Source: Bacteroidia bacterium
GTDB lineage: Bacteria > Bacteroidota > Bacteroidia > UKL13-3
Direction: 5' to 3'
Assembly (NCBI GenBank): GCA_014376805.1
Contig: JACMQU010000118.1
Location: forward strand, 10,212 to 74,211
DNA length: 64,000 bases
The notes under the pieces were generated by a model. It had not been told where the DNA came from. It ran no database searches and worked only from the letters and a program-made list of their open reading frames with translations. The position numbers were made by a program, and so were the translations under genes. The first letter of the stretch is position 1. Each line of letters starts with the position of its first letter. This document shows positions 40,558 through 49,364 of this stretch, piece after piece.

Positions 40558-42045
40558 ATGACAGATACGACAAGTAAGACATTAGGACAATTAAAAAAAT
40601 CCGGATATAAAGTAAAAAGTATTAAGCAGGAAATGAGGGATAACCTGGTTAAATTTTTGATGAAAGGAGAAAACTCTTTTACCGGAATACAGGGTTATGA
40701 TGATACGGTAATACCTCAGTTGCAAACAGCTATTTTATCGCAACATAATATTATTTTACTGGGCTTAAGAGGTCAGGCAAAAACGAGGATTGCGCGTTTA
40801 ATGTTAAACCTGCTGGATGAATATATACCAGTGGTTAGTGGCAGTGAAATTAACGATGATCCATTGCAGCCATTAAGCCGTTATGCGATTGATTTAATTG
40901 CAGAAATGGGAGAGGATACCCCTGTTGAATGGATGCATCGCAATGAAAGGTACACAGAGAAACTTGCCACACCGGATGTGTCTGTTGCAGATTTGATAGG
41001 TGATGTTGACCCCATAAAGGCAGCTACCCTGAAACTTCATTACAATGATGAGCGTGTAATACATTTCGGGTTGATCCCACGTAGCCACAGGTGTATTTTT
41101 GTAATTAATGAATTACCCGATTTGCAGGCTCGTATTCAGGTATCATTGTTTAATATTTTACAGGAAGGCGATTTGCAGATTAGAGGATTTAAGCTCCGCT
41201 TACCGTTGGATGTGCAGTTTGTTTTTACGGCTAATCCTGAAGATTATACAAACAGAGGCAGCATTGTTACCCCTTTAAAAGACAGGATCGATAGCCAGAT
41301 TTTAACGCATTATCCGAAAACTCTTGCCTTATCCAGATTAATCACATCACAGGAAGCACAAATTACCAAAGAACAAAAAGATGCGATTATTATAAGTGAT
41401 AAGTTACTGGATTTAATAGAACATATAGCTTTTGAAGCAAGGAAAAGCGAATTGGTGGATCAGAAAAGTGGCGTATCTGCAAGGCTTACTATAAGTGCCT
41501 TGGAAAATTTATACAGCACCGCAGAACGCAGGATGTTGTTGGGTGGCGAAACAAAAACACATGCGCGCATAAGTGATCTGTTTGGTGTATTGCCAAGTGT
41601 AACAGGTAAAGTAGAACTTGTATATGAGGGCGAACTGGAAGGTGCCAGTAATGTTGCTCAAACATTGGTTGGAAAAGCTATCCGCGCCTTATTTACAGCA
41701 TATTTTCCGGATCCTGAAAAAGCAAAAAAAGCTAAAAAGCCAAATCCCTATGCAACAATTTTAAATTGGTTTAATGATGGCTATACCGTAAGTGTGCTCA
41801 ACCAGGCTTCTGATTTTACTTATCAAAAAGCACTTTTAAGCGTGGAGGGTTTGCCCGAATTAATTAAGGAATTATATGCCAAAAATACCGAAGCCGAAAA
41901 AGTTATATTAATGGAATTGGTGCTACATGGTTTGGCCGAATATAGCCAGTTGAGCAAGCATAATTTAGTAAAAGGTTTTGAATTTAAGGATCTAATGAGC
42001 GGCATGTTTGAAATGAAACAAGGTAAGGGAGATGAAGAGGTTTAG
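40558..42045 (+). CDS. ChlI/BchI-like AAA+ protein with deviant Walker motifs
   Basis: 495 aa. It reads ..FTGIQGYDDTVIPQLQTAILSQHNIILLGLRGQAKTR.. (Walker A as GLRGQAKT) and ..CIFVINELPDL.. (Walker B position as INE). Layout resembles Mg-chelatase subunit I, and it sits directly downstream of the vWA gene. Confidence 0.8.
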   Translation: MTDTTSKTLGQLKKSGYKVKSIKQEMRDNLVKFLMKGENSFTGIQGYDDTVIPQLQTAILSQHNIILLGLRGQAKTRIARLMLNLLDEYIPVVSGSEINDDPLQPLSRYAIDLIAEMGEDTPVEWMHRNERYTEKLATPDVSVADLIGDVDPIKAATLKLHYNDERVIHFGLIPRSHRCIFVINELPDLQARIQVSLFNILQEGDLQIRGFKLRLPLDVQFVFTANPEDYTNRGSIVTPLKDRIDSQILTHYPKTLALSRLITSQEAQITKEQKDAIIISDKLLDLIEHIAFEARKSELVDQKSGVSARLTISALENLYSTAERRMLLGGETKTHARISDLFGVLPSVTGKVELVYEGELEGASNVAQTLVGKAIRALFTAYFPDPEKAKKAKKPNPYATILNWFNDGYTVSVLNQASDFTYQKALLSVEGLPELIKELYAKNTEAEKVILMELVLHGLAEYSQLSKHNLVKGFEFKDLMSGMFEMKQGKGDEEV

Positions 42046-42370
42046 TTATAAGAATAGATTAGAGATAATCTGTATTATTTTATACCATTTTTTATAGCAG
42101 GTGTTTTTTTATTTTCATGTTGCTTTTTTGCCGTTGCAGAATCTTCTTTTGAAGTTGTATTATCATGAATTTTAGTTGTAGGATGGTCTAATTTTATTGC
42201 TTTATTATTGTTTTATTTTCAAAGTAACCAATCAATATTGATCCTCTTTTTAGGGTTAAAAAAAGTATAATCTTTTTATATTTCAGACCATTAATTTGTA
42301 TAGTTTAATTTAAAGTAAATAACCTGTCACAATTTTATGATCGTACTAAACAAATCCTGTTTCAATGATT

Positions 42371-42378
42371 TATCTTTG
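42371..42378 (+). promoter_or_regulatory. Candidate -7 box (TATCTTTG) for amn
   Basis: Exact TAnnTTTG match, 43 nt upstream of the ATG at 42422. Confidence 0.4.
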
Positions 42379-42421
42379 CTGAATTTTTGCAAATCTTCTA
42401 CAATCATTTATATTGCCTGTT

Positions 42422-43195
42422 ATGAAAACAAAAGAAGAGATTGTAAGTGATTGGTTACCGCGCTATACAGGCCGACCGTTAAAGGAGTTTGGTGAATATA
42501 TTTTGTTGACTAACTTTATTAATTATATAGAACTTTTTGCCGAACGTTTCAATGTGGAGTTATTGGGTAAAGATAAACCAATGCAAACTGCAACTGCAGA
42601 GAACATTACTATTATGAACTTTGGCATGGGTAGTGCAATGGCAGCAACTGCAATGGATTTGTTAAGTGCAGTAACCCCTAAAGCAGCCTTGTTTTTAGGA
42701 AAGTGTGGCGGACTAAAAAAAGCAACAAAGATTGGAGATCTGATCTTACCAATCGCAGCAATAAGGGGAGAAGGAACAAGTAACGATTATATCATGTCGG
42801 AAATCCCTGCTTTGCCATCTTTCAGATTACAAAAGGCGGTATCTGCTACCATTGTAAAATATGATATGGATTATTGGACAGGCACGGTTTACACAACTAA
42901 TCGCAGGGTATGGGAGCATGATGATGAGTTTAAAAATTACCTTAGAAAAACCCGGGCTATGGCTATAGATATGGAAACAGCTACAATCTTTATTACAGGC
43001 TTTGTTAACCAGATTCCAAAAGGTGCTTTGTTATTAGTGAGTGATAACCCTATGACACCAGAAGGGGTGAAGACATCTAAAAGTGATACGGGTGTTACGG
43101 CTACTTTTGTTGCCAGACATTTAGCAATCGGAATTGATTCGCTGATTGAACTTCGGGATTCGGGAGAATCTGTAAAACACATGAGATTTGAATAA
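42422..43195 (+). CDS. amn: AMP nucleosidase (short form, PNP/UDP phosphorylase fold)
   Basis: The ATG at 42422 gives MKTKEEIVSDWLPRYTG... The blocks FGMGSAMAAT, GKCGGL and AIDMETATIF are present. Confidence 0.78.
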   Translation: MKTKEEIVSDWLPRYTGRPLKEFGEYILLTNFINYIELFAERFNVELLGKDKPMQTATAENITIMNFGMGSAMAATAMDLLSAVTPKAALFLGKCGGLKKATKIGDLILPIAAIRGEGTSNDYIMSEIPALPSFRLQKAVSATIVKYDMDYWTGTVYTTNRRVWEHDDEFKNYLRKTRAMAIDMETATIFITGFVNQIPKGALLLVSDNPMTPEGVKTSKSDTGVTATFVARHLAIGIDSLIELRDSGESVKHMRFE

Positions 43196-43415
43196 AGCAA
43201 CAGTTTTGCGTTTTGGATAATTGTAGAAATATGGAAGTTGCTTAAATTCAAGCGCATGCAGCATCGGTACTTTTTAAACTTCATGTAAAATACTTTAACC
43301 ACATTTGTTTGAGAGAAATAAGCCTTGTTGTAAAAGGAAATAGCGGTTTTAACTCTAAATAATATCAATTCATCGAATTTGTGATTTTTAAAGATTCAGA
43401 AGTAGATGTGTGCGT

Positions 43416-43423
43416 TATATTTG
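43416..43423 (+). promoter_or_regulatory. Candidate -7 box (TATATTTG) for the ABC exporter
   Basis: Exact TAnnTTTG match, 48 nt upstream of the ATG at 43472. Confidence 0.45.
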
Positions 43424-43471
43424 CCGGTAAAGAATTACACAATTTTATTTAACTAATATCGCAAATAATAA

Positions 43472-45346
43472 ATGGCAAAAAGCAGTTTTAGCAGCAATGG
43501 CAATTTAAAAAAAGAACCCGAGAAAGCCAAAATTAGTAAAGAGAGTTTAAGAGAGGCGTTTATGCTCTACTCTTATATAAAACCTTATAGAGGTAAATTT
43601 ATTCTGAGCCTTGTATTTATTGCGTTATCGGCATTTAGTACAATGATTTTCCCTTTTTTATTAGGTAAAATGATTGATGCAGCTGCACCCGCTGCACAGG
43701 TTCAGTTGCCGCAAAACAGCATGGGCGGAGAAATGTTCGGATTTAATTTAAAAACAGTTAACTGGAGTTTAAACACCATTCTGTTATTGTTATTTCTTCA
43801 ACTCTCAATTCAAACAATATTCTCTTTTATGCGCATTTATTTGCTTACCGAGGTTGGTGAAAAATCATTGGCCAATATGAGAACTGATCTGTATGGTAAA
43901 TTATTAAGTCAGTCTATGAGTTTCTTCAGCGAACAGCGTGTAGGAGATTTAAGTAATAGAATAAGTTCAGATCTTTCGCAAATACAGGATGCTATTTCAT
44001 TTACACTGGCAGAATTTTTAAGGGGAATTTTTACTTTGATAATTGGTTTAAGTTTTATATTCTGGATTTCTACAGAACTTGCTTTAGTAATGCTGGCTGT
44101 GGTGCCTTTAATTGCTGTAGTAGCAGTATTCTTCGGGGTGCGTATAAAAAAAATGGCCCGCAAAGCCCAGGATCAATTAGCGGAAAGTGGGACTATTGTG
44201 CAGGAAACTTTTCAGGGAATTTCTATAGTAAAAGCTTTTACCAGCGAAAGTTATGAAATGAAAAGATACACTTCCAGTATAATGGGCGTAGTTGAAACGG
44301 CCATTAGTAATGCAAGGTACAGAGGAGTTTTTGTTAGTTTTATGATTTTTAGTGTTTTTGGTTGTATTGCATTTGTTATGTGGTATGGCGCAACCATGAT
44401 CAGTTCGGGCCAATTAAGTGCAGGTGATCTTACTATGTTTGTGATTTTTTCTGCATTTGTTGGTGGAACCTTTGCCGGATTTGCAGATATGTTTAGTCAA
44501 TTGCAGAAAACTTTAGGTGCTACGCAAAGAGTTCGGGAGCTTTTAAGAACAGAAGGTGAACCGGTAACGATAACAGATTTATTAGTAAATATACAAAACC
44601 CTATTCTTGGTAAAGTGCGTTTTGAAGATGTTGCTTTTCATTATCCCTCCAGAAAAGATGTGGAGGTATTGAAAAAAATTACCTTGTCGGTTCAGGCTGG
44701 CGAACAAATAGCTTTAGTGGGCCCCAGTGGTGCTGGTAAAAGTACAATTGCTTCTTTACTATTAAAATTTTATGAACCAAATAGGGGAGCTATTTATTTT
44801 GATGAGATCAATAGTAAAGATTTTGGACTTACAGAACTGCGCGGGCAAATGGCATTTGTACCACAGGATGTTGTTTTGTTTGGCGGTTCAATAAAAGAAA
44901 ATATAGCCTATGGTAAACCTAATGCAACCATGGTAGAAATTATTGCTGCAGCACATAATGCCAATGCCCATGAGTTTATTGATCGTTTTCCTGAAGGATA
45001 TGAAACTATAGTTGGAGAAAGAGGCATTAAGTTAAGCGGTGGGCAGCGTCAACGAATTGCCATTGCCAGAGCTATTCTGAAAGATCCTGCGATTTTAATA
45101 TTAGACGAGGCTACCAGCTCACTGGATAGTGAAAGTGAACAGTTGGTTCAGGAAGCATTAGAAAACCTAATGAAAAACCGCACTAGCTTTGTTATTGCAC
45201 ACAGGCTTTCAACTATACGAAATTCAAATAAAATTGTGGTTATAGACAAAGGCTCTGTTCAGGAAATTGGCACCCATGAAACCTTAATGCGTAATGAACA
45301 TGGCCTGTACCGGAGGTTAGTTGATATGCAACTGGAGTGGAATTAG
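43472..45346 (+). CDS. ABC transporter, fused permease/ATP-binding protein (MsbA-like exporter)
   Basis: 624 aa with a six-TM ABC_membrane domain, then Walker A GPSGAGKST, signature LSGGQRQRIAIARA and Walker B ILILDEATS. Confidence 0.92.
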   Translation: MAKSSFSSNGNLKKEPEKAKISKESLREAFMLYSYIKPYRGKFILSLVFIALSAFSTMIFPFLLGKMIDAAAPAAQVQLPQNSMGGEMFGFNLKTVNWSLNTILLLLFLQLSIQTIFSFMRIYLLTEVGEKSLANMRTDLYGKLLSQSMSFFSEQRVGDLSNRISSDLSQIQDAISFTLAEFLRGIFTLIIGLSFIFWISTELALVMLAVVPLIAVVAVFFGVRIKKMARKAQDQLAESGTIVQETFQGISIVKAFTSESYEMKRYTSSIMGVVETAISNARYRGVFVSFMIFSVFGCIAFVMWYGATMISSGQLSAGDLTMFVIFSAFVGGTFAGFADMFSQLQKTLGATQRVRELLRTEGEPVTITDLLVNIQNPILGKVRFEDVAFHYPSRKDVEVLKKITLSVQAGEQIALVGPSGAGKSTIASLLLKFYEPNRGAIYFDEINSKDFGLTELRGQMAFVPQDVVLFGGSIKENIAYGKPNATMVEIIAAAHNANAHEFIDRFPEGYETIVGERGIKLSGGQRQRIAIARAILKDPAILILDEATSSLDSESEQLVQEALENLMKNRTSFVIAHRLSTIRNSNKIVVIDKGSVQEIGTHETLMRNEHGLYRRLVDMQLEWN

Positions 45347-45478
45347 AAGCTGAATGCCGATCTTATTAATACCATATTTTTTAATATATTCAGGTTCAAA
45401 TATAACCCAGTATGGTTTGTTGAACCTGTAAAGAGTGTAATGATAAATATAAATATTTTTTCAAATGGCAAATAAAGA

Positions 45479-45486
45479 TAAATTTG
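45479..45486 (+). promoter_or_regulatory. Candidate -7 box (TAAATTTG) for the E2 gene
   Basis: Exact TAnnTTTG match, 76 nt upstream of the ATG at 45563. Confidence 0.4.
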
Positions 45487-45562
45487 CCCGCCCTTAGATT
45501 TTGCAATCTAACTAAAAAACGTGCATCTTTGGGCTATTGACTAATGACTAAAACTATCTTGC

Positions 45563-46903
45563 ATGTCTGAATTTCAACTGGTAATGCCCAAAATGGGCGA
45601 AAGTATTGCTGAAGCAACAATTATTCGCTGGACAAAAAATGAAGGCGATAGCATTGCAGTTGATGAAACGGTACTGGAAATTGCGACTGATAAAGTTGAT
45701 TCCGAAGTTCCTTCGCCAAAAGCAGGAATTCTGAAAAAATGTTTATTTAAAGAAGGAGACGTAGTAGCAGTTAATGCTCCCATTGCTATTATTGAGTTGG
45801 AAGGAAGTTCTTCAACTGCTGATTCTACACCGGCAATACACACTCCTAAGGTTGAATCAGCTTCTGCTAAGGTAGATACAAATCATGTTCAGCCTGCCAA
45901 TGCGGTTGCTCAAAATACTGTAAGCAATGCGGGTGGAAATAAGTTTTATTCTCCGCTGGTTTTAAACATTGCCAGGGCAGAAAACATTAGTATGACTCAA
46001 CTTGCATCGATTGATGGAACCGGCGGTGAAGGCAGGGTAACCAAAAGAGATATTTTGGCGTTTGTACAAAATACTGGTACTATTTCTTCTCAGGTTATAA
46101 CGGAGCCTAATGTTCCGGCTAATTCGGTTAAGGCCGAAAAACCTGCTGTTGTTACCAACACCAATGCTAATAAGCCTGCTGTTACCTTAAATGGCGGCGA
46201 TGAAATTATTGAGATGGACCGGATGCGTAAGTTAATTGCTGATCACATGGTGATGAGCAAACATACCAGCCCGCATGTAACTTCTTTTGTAGAAGCAGAT
46301 GTGACCAATATGGTGGTGTGGCGCGAAAAAGCGAAAAAAGTTTACGACAAACGAGAAAACGAAAAAATTACTTTCACGCCAATGTTTATTGAATGCGTAG
46401 TAAAGGCAATTAAAGATTTTCCTATGATTAATGTAACTGTTGATGGATACAATATAATTAAAAGAAAAGCTATTAATATAGGCATGGCAGCAGCTTTGCC
46501 ATCTGGTAACTTGATAGTGCCGGTTATAAAAAATGCGGATAACATGAACCTGGTTGGGCTTACTAAATCAGTAAATGGGCTGGCTACTAAAGCAAGAGCA
46601 AATAAATTATCGCCTGATGATATACAAGGTGGTACTTTTACCTTAACAAATGTGGGCGGTTTTGGTAATGTAATGGGTACACCAATTATTAACCAGCCTC
46701 AGGTTGCCATACTTGCAACGGGAATTATTAAAAAGAAACCAGCAGTGTTAGAAACTCCGATGGGTGATGTAATTGCCATCCGTCAAATGATGTTCTTATC
46801 ATTAAGTTATGATCACCGGGTAGTGGATGGTTCTCTTGGAGGAAGTTTCCTTCGCAGAGTTGCTGACTATATGGAGCAATGGGATGTAAACAGGGAAATT
46901 TAA
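45563..46903 (+). CDS. 2-oxoacid dehydrogenase E2 component (dihydrolipoamide acyltransferase)
   Basis: 446 aa with a lipoyl domain (LEIATDKVDSEVPSP), an E3-binding domain (FYSPLVLNIA..) and a catalytic domain with SYDHRVVDG. No E1 or E3 gene is adjacent in this window. Confidence 0.9.
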   Translation: MSEFQLVMPKMGESIAEATIIRWTKNEGDSIAVDETVLEIATDKVDSEVPSPKAGILKKCLFKEGDVVAVNAPIAIIELEGSSSTADSTPAIHTPKVESASAKVDTNHVQPANAVAQNTVSNAGGNKFYSPLVLNIARAENISMTQLASIDGTGGEGRVTKRDILAFVQNTGTISSQVITEPNVPANSVKAEKPAVVTNTNANKPAVTLNGGDEIIEMDRMRKLIADHMVMSKHTSPHVTSFVEADVTNMVVWREKAKKVYDKRENEKITFTPMFIECVVKAIKDFPMINVTVDGYNIIKRKAINIGMAAALPSGNLIVPVIKNADNMNLVGLTKSVNGLATKARANKLSPDDIQGGTFTLTNVGGFGNVMGTPIINQPQVAILATGIIKKKPAVLETPMGDVIAIRQMMFLSLSYDHRVVDGSLGGSFLRRVADYMEQWDVNREI

Positions 46904-47137
46904 AAATAATTGTACCTGATACTAATTTAAGGTTAACTGCACAGGCTTAGTTTTAGGTAATACTCATGCTTTAACGATATTGAAACTTTAACTTAATTGC
47001 AAGGCAAAATGCAGTTGCAGATTAAATGCGATAATGTACTATTTACGTTGAATACAAAGTGTTCCATGCTTACGGCATTTATTTATTGGATTGAATTTTT
47101 TCTGCCAATATTACGTGCCCAAGGCACTAAGAGAAAA

Positions 47138-47362
47138 ATAGCGTAGCGATGCAATATCGGCAACCAACGAAATACCGGCAACAACATCAAAAAAAATCGT
47201 ATAGCGATGCAATATCGGTAGCCAATGCAATATCGGCAACCAACGAAATACCGGCAATAACATCAAAAAAAATCGTATAGCGATGCAATATCGGTAGCCA
47301 ATTCAATATCGGCAACCAACGAAATACCGGCAACAACATAAAAAAAAATCGCGTAGCGATAA
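47138..47362. repeat. Nested tandem repeat: 58 + 76 + 76 bp units (plus a partial fourth) built from 18-nt sub-repeats
   Basis: Unit starts are at 47138, 47196, 47272 and 47348. The core 10-mer GCAATATCGG/GAAATACCGG/TCAATATCGG occurs at 47151, 47169, 47209, 47227, 47245, 47285, 47303 and 47321. Confidence 0.92.
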
Positions 47363-47493
47363 TATATTGGTCATCATTCATATTAAATTGATAGTCACAT
47401 ATTGTAAAGGTAAATTTGGTGGCATTAGAAATTATGTTCAAAAAATCTTGAAAACCTCCCTTCTTTTAGGTTGGTCATACTTTATAATTGCGC

Positions 47494-47501
47494 TATATTT
47501 G
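47494..47501 (+). promoter_or_regulatory. Candidate -7 box (TATATTTG) for pyrG
   Basis: Exact TAnnTTTG match, 112 nt upstream of the pyrG ATG. Confidence 0.45.
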
Positions 47502-47505
47502 CATC

Positions 47506-47533
47506 CCGTAAGTTAACAGTTACGGTTTTGTTT
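47506..47533 (+). promoter_or_regulatory. Possible pyrG leader hairpin plus U-tract (attenuator candidate)
   Basis: CCGTAA (47506..47511) pairs with TTACGG (47520..47525) around an 8-nt loop, followed by TTTTGTTT. It begins within a few nt of the predicted transcription start. The stem is short, so this is tentative. Confidence 0.3.
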
Positions 47534-47613
47534 ACTCCTGATCATTGACGCCTTTTGTCAGCACACTAACAGGAATCTTTTTTAGAACCGTATTTGCTGA
47601 ACTCAAAAAATAT

Positions 47614-49224
47614 ATGACACCAAAATACATCTTTGTTACCGGCGGAGTTACTTCTTCGTTAGGGAAAGGCATAATTGCAGCCTCATTAGCTAAATTATTA
47701 CAGGCGCGTGGTTATTCTGCAACTATTCAAAAACTTGATCCTTATATAAATGTTGATCCAGGTACTTTAAATCCATATGAGCACGGGGAATGTTATGTTA
47801 CAGAAGATGGAGCTGAAACAGATTTAGATCTTGGGCACTATGAACGGTTTTTAAATATTCCTACTTCTCAGGCCAACAATGTTACTACCGGTAGAATTTA
47901 TCAGCATGTAATTAACCAGGAACGTCAGGGTGCTTACCTGGGTAAAACGGTTCAGGTTATTCCACACATTACGGACGAAATAAAAAGAAGGATTAAATTA
48001 TTAGGTGAAACTGGTGATTATGAAGTAATCATAACAGAAATTGGAGGAACTGTTGGGGATATTGAATCACTTCCCTACATTGAAGCTGTAAGACAATTGC
48101 TTTGGGAAATGAAGGAAGAAGAAGCCCTTGTAATTCATTTAACGCTATTGCCTTATTTGAGTTCAACCAAAGAATTGAAAACAAAACCCACACAGCATAG
48201 TGTTAAACTTTTACTCGAGAGTGGGGTTCAACCGGATATTTTAGTATGTAGAACAGAACACATGATTACCAAAGAAATGCGCAAGAAAATTGCACTTTTC
48301 TGTAATGTTGATTCGAATGCCGTAATTGAAGCTTTAGATGTGCCTACCATTTATGATGTTCCTTTAATGATGCTAAAAGAAAAACTTGATAAAACGGTAT
48401 TAAGTAAGTTGAAACTTTCTGCTAAAAATGAACCGGATCTTGAGAGCTGGAAGGCTTTTCTTATCCGCCATAAAAATCCAAAACATGAGATTCGAATTGG
48501 ATTAATTGGTAAATATGTTGAGTTGCCCGATGCCTATAAATCAATTATTGAATCATTTATTCATGCAGGTGCCCACAACGAATCCCGTGTTAGAGTTCAA
48601 TATATACACAGTGAATTAATTGCGGAAGATAATGTAGAACAGAAACTGGCTGATTTGGATGGAATTCTGGTTGCCCCGGGTTTCGGAGACCGTGGTATTG
48701 AAGGGAAAATTTCAGCTATCAGGTATGCCCGCGAAAATAATATTCCTTTCTTTGGTATCTGTCTTGGTATGCAAATGGCCGTTATTGAATTTGCACGGAA
48801 TGTTATTGGGTGGAAAGACGCACACAGCACAGAAATGAATATTAAAACAAAACATCCTGTGATTGATATGATGCCTGAACAAAAGAAAATTACAATGAAA
48901 GGTGGAACAATGCGTTTGGGTTCTTATATATGTGAAATAAGTAAAGATAGTATTGCCTATAAAGCTTATGAAAAGTCAAAAGTTAGTGAACGTCACCGCC
49001 ATCGTTTTGAATTTAATAATCAGTTTCAAAAAGATTTTGAAGCGAAAGGAATGTTTGTTACTGGAGTAAATCCTGAAACTAAACTTGCCGAAATTATTGA
49101 AATTAAAAATCATCCGTATTTTATGGGTGTGCAATTTCACCCGGAATATAAAAGTACAGTTTTAAATCCGCATCCTTTATTTATCAGATTTATAAAGGCT
49201 GCCGTTACTTTTAGTCAGAAGTAG
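47614..49224 (+). CDS. pyrG: CTP synthase
   Basis: The ATG at 47614 gives the canonical N-terminus MTPKYIFVTGGVTSSLGKGI. The glutaminase domain has GICLGMQ and the HRHRFEFN block. The longer ORF from 47545 is an upstream extension. Confidence 0.95.
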   Translation: MTPKYIFVTGGVTSSLGKGIIAASLAKLLQARGYSATIQKLDPYINVDPGTLNPYEHGECYVTEDGAETDLDLGHYERFLNIPTSQANNVTTGRIYQHVINQERQGAYLGKTVQVIPHITDEIKRRIKLLGETGDYEVIITEIGGTVGDIESLPYIEAVRQLLWEMKEEEALVIHLTLLPYLSSTKELKTKPTQHSVKLLLESGVQPDILVCRTEHMITKEMRKKIALFCNVDSNAVIEALDVPTIYDVPLMMLKEKLDKTVLSKLKLSAKNEPDLESWKAFLIRHKNPKHEIRIGLIGKYVELPDAYKSIIESFIHAGAHNESRVRVQYIHSELIAEDNVEQKLADLDGILVAPGFGDRGIEGKISAIRYARENNIPFFGICLGMQMAVIEFARNVIGWKDAHSTEMNIKTKHPVIDMMPEQKKITMKGGTMRLGSYICEISKDSIAYKAYEKSKVSERHRHRFEFNNQFQKDFEAKGMFVTGVNPETKLAEIIEIKNHPYFMGVQFHPEYKSTVLNPHPLFIRFIKAAVTFSQK

Positions 49225-49364
49225 CTATAATTCAAACACACATTTTTATTAATACATTCAAAAAACAGCTTATTTGCCTACTTCTAATTGCGGAATATAG
49301 TCTTTTATTATTTTCCGGATATTAATGTCAAATACCTATTTTCGCCCCGCTTTTAAAAACTACA

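Noticed and set aside
45391-45428. A 9-bp inverted repeat (CAGGTTCAA...TTGAACCTG) follows the ABC exporter gene and could be a terminator.
   Set aside because: The loop is 20 nt and no T-tract follows, so I left it uncalled.
47138-47362. I considered whether the repeat array upstream of pyrG is a CRISPR array.
   Set aside because: The units abut directly with no unique spacers. The unit length varies (58/76 bp) and is itself made of 18-nt sub-repeats. No cas genes are present in the window.
46904-49364. I considered a chromosomal replication origin near yidC, given the iteron-like repeats.
   Set aside because: I found no cluster of DnaA boxes (TTATCCACA or close variants). There is no dnaA, dnaN or rpmH-rnpA in the window. 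The pyrG-yidC linkage is ordinary in this phylum.
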